DNA of 63,380 nt, counting the filler, from Octopus bimaculoides (lineage: Eukaryota), in NCBI RefSeq assembly GCF_001194135.2. It is 9 parts of 8 records of this genome, joined end to end, with 100 filler letters (N's around TTAATTAATTAA, not from the genome) between each part and the next. Parts side by side here need not be neighbours in the genome. Positions count along the whole stretch, not along the records: positions 25,316 to 30,283 come from NC_068992.1; positions 30,384 to 41,695 come from NC_068987.1; 7 more parts are not named here. The stretch is one strand, 5' to 3'. The notes under the pieces are model-generated. The model was given only the letters and a program-made list of their open reading frames with translations, was not told the origin of the DNA and ran no database searches. Below are positions 25,981 through 37,888 of this stretch, piece after piece. The position numbers and the translations under genes are program-made. Each line of letters begins with the position of its first letter. The first letter of the stretch is position 1.

Positions 25981-27480
25981 TGTTCGTTTCTCTTTTTGTC
26001 ATCTGCGATTATATTTTGTTTCTTTTATATAAATGACGATATTTCCTCCGTCTGTCTGTTGTTCTCTCTACAAAACGGGAAATTACATTTTAACGAGTTA
26101 TATTTATGCATTTATCACTCGACGAGATATATCTGAACCAGTTGTTGAGTGTCCCACCCAAGAGTAATCGATGATGTGCCGAAACAATTCTCGTATATTC
26201 CATCTTCTGTTTTTCATTTGTTGCATATATATATATATATNNNNNNNNNNNNNNNNNNNNNNNNNNNNNNNNNNNNNNNNNNNNNNNNNNNNNNNNNNNN
26301 NNNNNNNNNNNNNNNNNNNNNNNNNNNNNNNNNNNNNNNNNNNNNNNNNNNNNNNNNNNNNNNNNNNNNNNNNNNNNNNNNNNNNNNNNNNNNNNNNNNN
26401 NNNNNNNNNNNNNNNNNNNNNNNNNNNNNNNNNNNNNNNNNNNNNNNNNNNNNNNNNNNNNNNNNNNNNNNNNNNNNNNNNNNNNNNNNNNNNNNNNNNN
26501 NNNNNNNNNNNNNNNNNNNNNNNNNNNNNNNNNNNNNNNNNNNNNNNNNNNNNNNNNNNNNNNNNNNNNNNNNNNNNNNNNNNNNNNNNNNNNNNNNNNN
26601 NNNNNNNNNNNNNNNNNNNNNNNNNNNNNNNNNNNNNNNNNNNNNNNNNNNNNNNNNNNNNNNNNNNNNNNNNNNNNNNNNNNNNNNNNNNNNNNNNNNN
26701 NNNNNNNNNNNNNNNNNNNNNNNNNNNNNNNNNNNNNNNNNNNNNNNNNNNNNNNNNNNNNNNNNNNNNNNNNNNNNNNNNNNNNNNNNNNNNNNNNNNN
26801 NNNNNNNNNNNNNNNNNNNNNNNNNNNNNNNNNNNNNNNNNNNNNNNNNNNNNNNNNNNNNNNNNNNNNNNNNNNNNNNNNNNNNNNNNNNNNNNNNNNN
26901 NNNNNNNNNNNNNNNNNNNNNNNNNNNNNNNNNNNNNNNNNNNNNNNNNNNNNNNNNNNNNNNNNNNNNNNNNNNNNNNNNNNNNNNNNNNNNNNNNNNN
27001 NNNNNNNNNNNNNNNNNNNNNNNNNNNNNNNNNNNNNNNNNNNNNNNNNNNNNNNNNNNNNNNNNNNNNNNNNNNNNNNNNNNNNNNNNNNNNNNNNNNN
27101 ATATATATATATATATATATAGATACATACATGCATACATACATACATATATATACATATATATATTTATAGATACTTACATGCATACAGACACATATAT
27201 ATATATATATATACATATATATGTATGTGTGTGTGTGTGTGTATGTATTATGAATGTATTTATCTCCATGCACCGTTAGGCTACCGGTCTTCGTTTGTTT
27301 ATGCTCCCCATAAAGTACAAGTTTATCAAAAGAAGCCGAAAGAATAAGTATAAAACGACCACCCCTAATAATGGGGTCAATTTGTTCGACTAAACGCACT
27401 CAAAGGGGTGGTACGGGATGGCTGCAGTTTAACGACTGAGAAAGGTGACAGTTAAAGATAAAAGAACCACACACACACAC

Positions 27481-27565
<85 letters not shown>

Positions 27566-27846
27566 AACACAAACACACGCATTCATACATATACACGTAT
27601 TTGCTAAGATGAAGGCAACATCAGAATTCATATTGGCATACAGGGAAACTGACAGAAATTGATATGAACAGGCAGGACAAAAGACAGTACACTTCCCTCA
27701 TATGCACATGTATAATAAATTGCCGAGTTAATCTTTTTACCAGATTACCGCTTTTCCGTTTCCATATATACTTAAACCAAATGTTACCATTTACAATGGA
27801 ACCAACCAAAATATCTCTCAGCAAAGTCTAATTATAACACACATAC

Positions 27847-27892
27847 CCAAAACAGATGTAAACATTCCTGTATATATATCCGTATTTCCCAT
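27847..27892 (-). CDS. Candidate first coding exon MGNTDIYTGMFTSVL
   Basis: ATG…TGG|gtatgt, phase 1; other frames are also open, so this is ambiguous. Confidence 0.2.
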
Positions 27893-28427
27893 TTTCTGAA
27901 GTTTTTTTCCATTTTGTGTGCAGCAGAAAAATTTGCACTAACATCCACGTCAGTCGACAATCATTATGTTAAAAAAATGTAATTATTCATTTATTTCATT
28001 TACTAAAAAAACTGACCATAAAATATCTTTCGTCGCCTTTGGTGTGTATATACATATATACATACACACACATACATACATACATACATATGTAGACACA
28101 CTCACACAGATACACACAGATACATTCAGATACACATACAAGCACATACATATGTAAATGCATATATGTATATATATATATATATATNNNNNNNNNNNNN
28201 NNNNNNNNNNNNNNNNNNNNNNNNNNNNNNNNNNNNNNNNNNNNNNNNNNNNNNNNNNNNNNNNNNNNNNNNNNNNNNNNNNNNNNNNNNNNNNNNNNNN
28301 NNNNNNNNNNNNNNNNNNNNNNNNNNNNNNNNNNNNNNNNNNNNNNNNNNNNNNNNNNNNNNNNNNNNNNNNNNNNNNNNNNNNNNNNNNNNNNNNNNNN
28401 NNNNNNATATATATATATATACAGAGG

Positions 28428-28481
<54 letters not shown>

Positions 28482-29413
28482 GAGAGAGACAGAGAGAGAG
28501 AGACAGAGAGAGACAGAGAGAGAGAGGGAGAGAGAGAAAGTGAAAGAGAGTGGGAATGAGGGAGAGAGAGATGAGAGAAAGAGAGATAGGGAGAGAGAAA
28601 GTAAGAAATGGAAGAAGAAAAAGAGAGAACGTGCGGATGTGTGTAGAAGGATGGAATGTGCTGTTAAGCATTTTTCGGGAATAATCTGCCCCAGATTTTT
28701 GTCATCCGCTCATTCAGTTTAGTAACATCGACCAACACTTATTAATTAAAAACGCAAGAATTGCGTTGACAAAAATATTCCTCGCCATATTTAGTAACAT
28801 ATATTAATTAACATTTCTAATTAATATTTCATTTTTATTATTTAATTCACGCTTACGTTACTTATGTTATTTCTGTTTTTGGTTTTTATAACTGTTTTAC
28901 ATTTCATACCTGTTTTATATATTATTTCTGTTTTAATGCATTGCCATCCTATTCCAGACTAATGATGAGCAATGACTCTGAAACTAGTCTCTGGATGCTG
29001 GCTTTGCTGGGTGGAGGTGCTTGTCTCAACTTTGAAAACATAAGGACACAGGAAATGTATCAAGGCTAACGGGAAACTGTGTTTCCTAGGGCTAAATAGC
29101 AGTAGTATTCTTCCCTTTCCTGGGACTGACACATTAAGTTGACAACATACCATCGATTATATATCATATTTGATTTATATTTTATTTCCATTTTATTTTA
29201 TTTCTATATTTTACTCTTTTCTATATATTTTGTTTCAACTCAATATTTGGTTTGTGTGTTATATTTATATCACGTTTCAGTTTCGTACTTTCGGTTTATT
29301 TTATTTGTTTTATATTTTATTTATGTTTTACGGTTATTTCTGTTTTATATTCATTTCTGGTTTCTTTATATTCATTTCTATTTTCTCTATACTTATTTCT
29401 GTATTTTTTTAAG

Positions 29414-29690
29414 ATGGCGAGCTGGCAGAATCGTTAGCACGCCAGGCAAAATGCTGAGCGTTATTTCGTCCGTGCTTAAGTTCAAAAACCCTCCGAGGTC
29501 GACTTTACCTTTTATCCCTTTCGGGGTTGACAAAATACGTACCAGTCGTGTGCTAGAGTCGATGTAATCGACTATTCCCATCCCCCAAATAAGTACCAGT
29601 TGCGCACTGGGGTCGATGTGATCGACTTAAGCCCTTTGTCTGTCTTTGTGTGTCCCATCTATGTATTGCCCCCTGTGAGCAATAAAGAAA
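29414..29690 (+). mobile_element. SINE family B, full length
   Basis: GGCGAGCTGGCAGAATCGTTAGC box A … CAATAAAGAAATAAA tail. Confidence 0.85.
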
Positions 29691-30152
29691 TAAATTGCAG
29701 GCCTTGTGCTTATAGTAGATAGGATATACATTTCTGTTTAATTTTATTTTGGATATATATTTCATTTCTGTTTTATTTTTTCTGTTTTATATTGTATTTC
29801 TCTTCCTGTTCATATTTTATTTGTATTTCCTGTTTAAATTCTCTTTATAGTTACTTTCTTCGTTTATATTATTTTATTTTTATGGTTTATAACTAAGATA
29901 ACTCAGATATGTTTCGCCCAAAACATTGACTCAGGCCCAGTCAAACTTTAAAATATTTGTTCCGGCTGCTTAGGCACTGACTTCAAATCCCACCAATGTC
30001 AGCTTAGCCTTTCATTCCTCCGGGGTTTTTAAGATCAAAGTACAAGAAGTGAGGTCAATACAATTGAGTAAACCAGACTCTAAACAAACTGATGGCTACC
30101 TGCCAAAATTAGAAATTATTACGTCTCTACCAATTACGTGAATTTAAGCAAT

Positions 30153-30283
30153 TCTTCTTCTTCTTCTTCTTCTTCTTCTTCTTCTTCTTCTTCTTCTTCT
30201 TCTTCTTCTTCTTCTTCTTCTCCTCCTCCTCCTCCTCCTCCTCCTCCTCCTCCTCATCCACCGTCTTCCATCACTCTTCCTCT
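30153..30283. repeat. (TTC)n(CCT)n microsatellite
   Basis: Direct reading. Confidence 0.95.
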
Positions 30284-31179
30284 NNNNNNNNNNNNNNNNN
30301 NNNNNNNNNNNNNNNNNNNNNNNNNNNTTAATTAATTAANNNNNNNNNNNNNNNNNNNNNNNNNNNNNNNNNNNNNNNNNNNNTATATATATACACATAC
30401 ACACACACATACGTACATACAGACAGATACACGGTCACAGAAACACGTACGCAAGCACGCACGCACGCACGCACACATACAAAGTTACATACACACACAC
30501 ACATACACATACACACACAGGTATGGTAACGCAGACAGGAAAAATAGAACTCCGAATATGGATACATGTATATCTTTATACATATTTAGAAGGAGCACCA
30601 GAGTGACTCAAGGACTGTGTGTTTCGTTCGTTGGAACTTATCAAGCTAAGTCATGAAATTCTTGGTCCTTTTATGTTCAGTTATAATAAAAACCGATTTT
30701 ACATTCATCTAATCGGTTACTCTATATTTCTGAAGAGTAAAAATGTATCATTCTTAAACAAGAATGTTTGTGGTAGCGACTTTCTTGTTTCGACCAGCTA
30801 AGCCATCGTGTAATGCGATGCATCAGAGTTTGTCTGTTGAGTTAAAATTATCTTTATGCATGAGAATTTGAGTTGGTTGGAATTAGGTTTTTTATAGTTG
30901 GTTGTTATAGAAAGGTGTTTTGAAGAAATTTTGATTGGATTTGGTGTTGTGTTATTGCTTAGAATTCATTCATGTACAACCTTGTACAACTTGTAGGTGT
31001 TTCTCTTTTGATAGGTAGGTACAATGTGTGACAGTATTTTTGTTGGTTCTTATTGTATTGGATTTAATCCTTTTGCTTTGACAATGTAAAGGGCAAATGT
31101 AGAAAGTCCAATAATTAAGCCCTTAGTAATATGGAGTGTCAACATCTTTCGACAAAATAATGTAAGTAGATTGTAAGTT

Positions 31180-32490
31180 TAGCACTGTCACGAGTTCAAA
31201 TCATTGAACAAAAATGTAATGTGTTCATTAGAAAGTGGCTAGGCCTACCTCAGATATTGAACAGTTCAGCTCTTTATCGTAAAAGAGACTCGTTGCAGTT
31301 ACCACTGGAGTCAATAGTCTAAATTTATAAAATGGGGAAGGTACGAACGGTGATGATGTTGAGAGAGTTGAAGGACAGAGAAATCAGGCACAATTCATCA
31401 AATGTAAAAACGGCCAGAAAGTGAAAAGCAGCTGCAGGAATTGATGATAATCTGTCTTCTCTTACACACTGACATATGATGGGTGCTACGCAAATTCATC
31501 GGAAGGGACTTGGTTTTGGCGCAGATCGGTTCGGACTGTTTCCAAGTATAATGCGGAATCAACACATATCTGTTGTTAGTAATATCGTCAAAACAAGAGA
31601 AACTAAGAGAAGAGAGCTTTATTTGATCCAACGCAGTCAACAAGGACAGATGACGTGATAGAAGGACCATGTTGTTGAGAGTAAAAATATGTTGCAATGA
31701 GGTATGGAGGTGGACTACATCTCGGCTAAGTTTTCTGATTCGTTCATCCTATGATGTTTTGCCGTCACCTAGGAATCTCGTAAGATGGAACGTCTCAGAG
31801 AATGATATATGCAAATGCGGAAAGGTCGGAAGACTGAAACATATTCTTTCCAATTATTCACCAGCATTGAACAGATATACATGGAGACACAACCTTGTCC
31901 TTAAGGTTATCTTCAATGCTATAAAGAACTAAATTTATATCAACAGTGGAAAAACAAAAGTAAATACTGAAAGTACCAACTAGAGATTTCATTACCTTCG
32001 TGTGCTCAGGGCAGCAGATCCGTTTCAAGAAAAAGAAGAAACTTCTTGTTAGCGATGAAAAGTGGAACGGCTATTGGGAGGGGGCTGCAAATTTACAAGG
32101 GTTTCAAGGACTCTTTCGCATCCCAGTTACGAAAAAAAACGGACATTCTTATGTGATGTGAAAGAAAGAAAATTGTGAATCTGGTCGAGTTAACGGTTCC
32201 GGACGCAGCTCGAGCTCGAAGCGTTGACAATCATGTAAGCCTCCTTGATCGAGGAATGTGAAGAAGCAGGATGAAAAGCGGACCATTTTCCGATTGAAGT
32301 TGGATGTAGGGGATTTGTTGGACACACTATGAGGCGACTGTTGTTATCGTTAGGCCTAACTAATCGTTAAGTGAATATCTCCCTGAACGATATCCAAACT
32401 GCAGTGGAAAAAGCTAGCCACTAGATCTGGTTAAAAACAGCCGATGAGCGATGGCTAGAAAAGTATTGAAATTTATTTGATAACCAGTTG
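31180..32490 (+). mobile_element. HERO-clade (R2-group) non-LTR retrotransposon, 5'-truncated pseudogene: RT C-terminus, CCHC knuckle, restriction-like endonuclease
   Basis: RKWLGLP…SALY…LQLP; KTARK*KA; GATQIHRKGLG; SFLIRSSYDVLPSPRNL; CKCG…KHILSN; RYTWRHNLVL; PDIL…LVELTVP; PIEVGCRGF; AVEKASH*IWLK; multiple stops and frameshifts. Confidence 0.9.
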
Positions 32491-32523
32491 ATATATATAT
32501 ATATATATATACCTGCATATATA

Positions 32524-32915
32524 TGTTGTTGTTGTTGGCACTCCGTCGCTTACGACGTCGAGGATTCCAGTTGATCCGATCAACGGAACAGCTTGCTCGT
32601 GAAATTAACGTGCAAGTGGCTGAGCACTCCACAGACACGTACACCCTTAACGTAGGTTCGGGGATATTTAGCGTGACACAGTGTGACAAGGCTGACCCTT
32701 TTGAATTACAGGCACAACAGAAACAGGAAGAAAGAGTGAGAGAAAGTTGTGGTGAAAATGTACAGCATAGTGCACCAAAATCCTCTGCCGGAGCCTCGAA
32801 GAGCTTTAGGTGTATTCGCTCAATAAACACTCACAAAGCCCGGTCTGAGAATTGAAACCGCGATCCTATGACCGCGAGTCCGCTGCCCTAACCACTGGGC
32901 CATTGCGCCTCCACA
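32524..32915 (-). mobile_element. tRNA-derived SINE family A, full length with (CAA)n tail
   Basis: Head TGTGGAGGCGCAATGGCCCAGTGGTTAGGG; tail GACGGAGTGCCAACAACAACAAC. Confidence 0.88.
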
Positions 32916-33132
32916 GATAGATAGATAGACAGATAGATTTCTGCGTACATAACTATATACATGCATACATACATCTATGGATCTATCTACTATGACTGGT
33001 TCTTATGTTGATTCTCTCGTTGCCTAATCTGTTTAATCAGCCTTGATTAAGCAGATCTATGACAACAATTCAGTCATCACCATATTGTTGTTCTTGTTAA
33101 TATTCTTTATCTTCTATACGGTGCGACCTCAG

Positions 33133-33177
33133 GACTACAACACTGGACGGATCGTGTTTTTGAAAATGGTATTAACG
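33133..33177 (+). CDS. Candidate 45-nt exon ((G)LQHWTDRVFENGIN or DYNTGRIVFLKMVLT)
   Basis: Pyrimidine tract, ctcag acceptor, ACG|gtaaga donor. Confidence 0.2.
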
Positions 33178-33242
33178 GTAAGATCTGAATTGGATTTGGA
33201 TTTTATATGCAGTAGGTCGTGTGATCCCGACTACTAACAACT

Positions 33243-33975
33243 CCGTCACCAGCAGCATCACCATAACCACCACCACCACCACCACCACCACCACTGCCAC
33301 CATCACCATCACCATCACCACCACCACCACCATCACCACCACCACCACCNNNNNNNNNNNNNNNNNNNNNNNNNNNNNNNNNNNNNNNNNNNNNNNNNNN
33401 NNNNNNNNNNNNNNNNNNNNNNNNNNNNNNNNNNNNNNNNNNNNNNNNNNNNNNNNNNNNNNNNNNNNNNNNNNNNNNNNNNNNNNNNNNNNNNNNNNNN
33501 NNNNNNNNNNNNNNNNNNNNNNNNNNNNNNNNNNNNNNNNNNNNNNNNNNNNNNNNNNNNNNNNNNNNNNNNNNNNNNNNNNNNNNNNNNNNNNNNNNNN
33601 NNNNNNNNNNNNNNNNNNNNNNNNNNNNNNNNNNNNNNNNNNNNNNNNNNNNNNNNNNNNNNNNNNNNNNNNNNNNNNNNNNNNNNNNNNNNNNNNNNNN
33701 NNNNNNNNNNNNNNNNNNNNNNNNNNNNNNNNNNNNNNNNNNNNNNNNNNNNNNNNNNNNNNNNNNNNNNNNNNNNNNNNNNNNNNNNNNNNNNNNNNNC
33801 CCACCACCCCCACCAGCACAACCACCAGCTCTAACACCACCACCACCACCACCACCACGGCAACCACCACCACCAGCTGCAGCAGCAGCAGCAGCACCAC
33901 CACCACCACCACCACCACCACCGCGACAATCACTACCACCACTCCTGACACCACCAACATCAGCACCCTCACCCT
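33243..33975 (+). repeat. Degenerate (CAC)n tract with gap
   Basis: Direct reading. Confidence 0.9.
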
Positions 33976-34329
33976 CTAGAAGCCTCTATCACTATTATCA
34001 CCACGAACAACAAAATATTGGAAGAGCCCAAGTCCATTCGGATGCTATCGGTGGTGTCCATGCTGTTAGTATTCGTATGAATATTTGTGGTGCTTAAGTT
34101 TGGTGGGACCTTGGTTAGAAGCTGCGTTGGTGATGCTGATTTCATGATTTCGTTGCTTAATTAATTAGGTATTATATGTACAATGTTTAGATACTAAATC
34201 TGACAAAGTAGTGTAATTAGGTACTAAAAATGACTTGTGCTGTATAATTACATTGTATTAATGTACGCATTCGAAACGTTGCTTCTGATTTAATCAACAC
34301 ATTGATTGGATCTCGAATATGTTCTGGTA

Positions 34330-34850
34330 CTGGTGATTGTGGTGGTTTTCGTGGTGGGTGGTGGTGGTGGTGGTTTTGGTGTTAGTAGTTGTCGTGGTTG
34401 TGGTTTTGGTGGTGGTAGATTTTGTGTTGATGGTGGGGTTTGTGATGGTTTTGGTGGTGGTAGTGATGGTGGTTGGTGTGGTAGTTTTGGTGATGGTATT
34501 GTTTGCGTTGTTGGTGGTGGTGATGGAGTTGGTGGTGATTGAGAGATAATGGTGGTGGTGGTATTGGTGATCGTGCTGGTATTGGTGGTATTAATGGTGG
34601 TGGTGGTGGTGGTGGTATTGGTGATGGTGTTGGTATGGTGGAGGTGTTGCTCGTTTTGGTTTTGGTCTTGAATATGGTGATATTAGTGATGGTGGTGAAG
34701 ATGTAGTGGTAGTGGTGCTGATGGTATTGTTGTCGGCAATGGTAACGGTACTAAGAGATGTTAATGGTGCTGGTGCTGGTGCTGTGACGGGCGGTGGTGC
34801 ACGTGGTAGAAGCACTGGTGGTGATGGCCACAGGTGGCCTTGATGAGGGT
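34330..34850 (+). repeat. Degenerate (GTG)n tract
   Basis: Direct reading. Confidence 0.9.
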
Positions 34851-35078
34851 TTGGGCTCTTTGAGGTTTCAGTGCTGACGTGCAGCGTATGTGTCAAATAA
34901 TTCTCGGATAATTGATGAGATAAAGCGGAGAGTATGGGGGGGTGATATATGGGGGTGGGGTATGCTGATATGGCTGATAAGATAATAGAACATAATGTAA
35001 GTTTGCTATTTCCTTAAACATTCATATCGGTCAGATCAGCGGCACTGTGCTACCTATAGACCTACTGAACTATATATG

Positions 35079-35122
<44 letters not shown>

Positions 35123-35124
35123 CA

Positions 35125-35182
<58 letters not shown>

Positions 35183-35779
35183 CATATACATACATATACA
35201 TGTATTTATATATACACATACATGTCTATATATGTATATATATATGTTTATATATATATAGGGGTGAATGTGTGAGTGAGTAAGCGTAGTGTGTTGGTGT
35301 CTTTGAATTTGTGCTGTATGTGCGTGCGTGTGTGTGTACGTTTATGAGATTATTCGAAATTTAAGAGAGATAACAGATTAACAGCTTTCGATAGATGCCT
35401 ATTAATCTCAAAAGTAGCGACAACTGGGCCACATTCTCCTTGTAAGATGATATTGAAAATATTGGAGAAGCGGATGCGGTAATAAAAGAAGACTGTTAGA
35501 AGACGAATAGAGGAATAAGATGTAATGGAAGACGGGGGAGGAAGAGAAAGAGAGAGGAGGTGACAGAGTTGAAGAAGAATAAGAAAAAGAAGAAGGAGGA
35601 GGAGGCGGAGGAGGAGGAAAATGGAAACTATTTTCTTTAGTGAAAGTCAACCAGATTATAATCTTAAAATTTATTTAGGTATGATACATGCAACATTGCA
35701 ATGTTCAATGTGTTCCTCATGCTGTAGGCTGGACACACGCATATCCATCAACAAGAAATATATAATAATTATTTACATA

Positions 35780-36210
35780 GGCGTAGGAGTGGCTGTGTGG
35801 CAAGTAGCTTGCTTACCAACCACATGGTTCCGGGTTCAGTCCCACTGCGTGGCACCTTGGGGGAGTGTCTTCTACTATAGCCTCGGGCCAACCAAAGCTT
35901 TGTGAGTGGATTTGGTAGACGGAAACTGAAAGAAGCCCATCGTATATATGTATATATATATGTATATATATATGTATATATATATATATATATGTAAGTG
36001 TGTGTGTGTCTGTGTTGCCCCCCCCCCCACATCGTTTGAGAACCGATGCTGGTGTGTTTACGTCCCCGTATCTTAGCGGTTCGGTAAAAGAGACCGATAG
36101 AATAAGTACTAGGCTTACAAAGAATAAATCCTGCGGTCGATTTGATTCGATTAAAGGCGGTGCTCGAGCATGGCCACAGTCAAACGACTGAAACAAGTAA
36201 AATAGTAAAA
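35780..36210 (+). mobile_element. CORE-type SINE family C, full length
   Basis: GGCGTAGGAGTGGCTGTGTGG…GGCACCTTGGGGGAGTGTCTTCT…GAAACAAGTAAAA. Confidence 0.9.
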
Positions 36211-36997
36211 AGTGTAAAGAGTATATTTCTACTCTTAAGAATACCATTACACTAAAACTTTGGTCTATTTCATTTCTAGAACTGAACGCCTCAGACTGAA
36301 TGGCCAACAGATATACATTCAACTTTTGAAACGGAAGGTGTTTTTGTGCTTTTTCGCCAAGTCGTCTTCAGATGGTCCTTTTATTTCGCGTTGGATTTTA
36401 AGAGAGTCTTGAAGATGTTTACTAGTGTAATCATAACCAGATACGCGCAGCGGTCTTTCTTGATAGAATTTACCTGCTTCTTTTATTTTATTACTCGTAT
36501 ATATGTATATGGTTCTGCAAGTATGTATCCACCTGTCATTTACAATTTAATATGTAAAGTAAAATAGTTTATGGCATTAAAAGACTAATTTTATTTGGAA
36601 TGGTTAACAGACACTGTTTTGTATTTCACCAACAGTTACATCCTTCAGAGCGGATTATCAATCTAATCTCTGTGATCACATTAATGAAATCTTTAAAATG
36701 CTGATGTATTCTTGAAAATGTAAAGAAATTTCAAGTTTTACTTCTTGCTATAAGCACTTCCCTTTCTGATGCCTGAGCTGCAACAACGGGCATCTGAAGA
36801 ATACCGGATAGATTCAGAGTAAATGAATGCCATGAGTGAAGCCTAAAATTAATGATGCATTCAGTCATACATCACAAAATGGAGTAGATAAATTAGCAAT
36901 GATTTTGCCAGACACCATCTACGGAGTTGTTTGACCAAGGAAATATAGGCATTTAACCCTCGTATCACAGTTAACTGTTTTAAAAATATAAATTGCA

Positions 36998-37410
36998 CAG
37001 GCGCAGGAGTGGCTGTGTGGTAAGTAGCTTGCTTACCAACCACATGGTTCCGGGTTAAGTCCCACTGCGTAGCACCTTGGGCAAGTCTCTTCTACTATAG
37101 CCTCGGCCGGACCAAAGCCTTGTGAGTGGATTTGGTAGACGGAAACTGAAAGAAGCCCGTCGTATATATGTATATATATATATATGTGTGTGTGTATTTG
37201 TGTGTCTGTGGTTGTCCCCCCAACATCGCTTGACAACCGATGCTGGTGTGTTTACGTCCCCGTAACCTAGCGGTTCGGCAAAAGTGACGGATAGAATAAG
37301 TAACTAGGCTTCCAAAGAATAAGTCCTAGGGTAGATTTGCTCGACTAAAGGCGGTGCTCCAGCATGGACGCAATCAAATGACTGAAACAAGTAAAAGAGT
37401 AAAAGTGTAT
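36998..37410 (+). mobile_element. CORE-type SINE family C, full length
   Basis: GGCGCAGGAGTGGCTGTGTGGTAAG…GAAACAAGTAAAAGAGTAAAAG. Confidence 0.9.
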
Positions 37411-37833
37411 AGGACAATGTATTTCTAGATATACTACTGACGAAGACTAGATGACCATGGCTAGTAAACATTTGACTATGGGCTGCTAAATTCATAGCTG
37501 ACCTGCATCTAAATAACAATAACTTGGAATTTGAGATAAATTTATAGCCCCAATAGAATATAAAATGTAGGCAGCTTTGAACCATATCCCGGGCCATCCC
37601 CATCTATAAACCACCCCTCATTTTCTTTTTTTGTTCTTCAGGGCATTGATATGATTACATTCAGGTTATTTAACTGATTTGACTTTAATGAAAAGTTTTC
37701 AAAATTCAAAGGTACTGCCAGTATTTATTATCAGGGTTTTGATCTAGTGATTGATGGAGCACTGGGATCAATATGAATTAAATATATACTGATATTATAA
37801 TTAACAGTGAGAAAGAGATAGAGAGAGTGAGAG

Positions 37834-37888
<55 letters not shown>

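Noticed and set aside
26090-27399. Long ORFs of the YIYI/X type here and at 39718, 47083, 51925, 54980 and 59609
   Set aside because: Products of (TA)n/(CA)n repeats and N runs
30770-30835. Hammerhead-ribozyme-like CTGATG…CGAAAC on the minus strand (similar motifs at ~21725, ~57390 and ~59525)
   Set aside because: Core bases or stem II/III pairing are non-canonical in every copy; at most decayed PLE remnants, and an Infernal scan of the family consensus is needed
33221-33979. 252-aa Thr-rich mucin-like ORF
   Set aside because: Translation of a (CAC)n microsatellite plus an N-gap, starting just after a candidate splice donor
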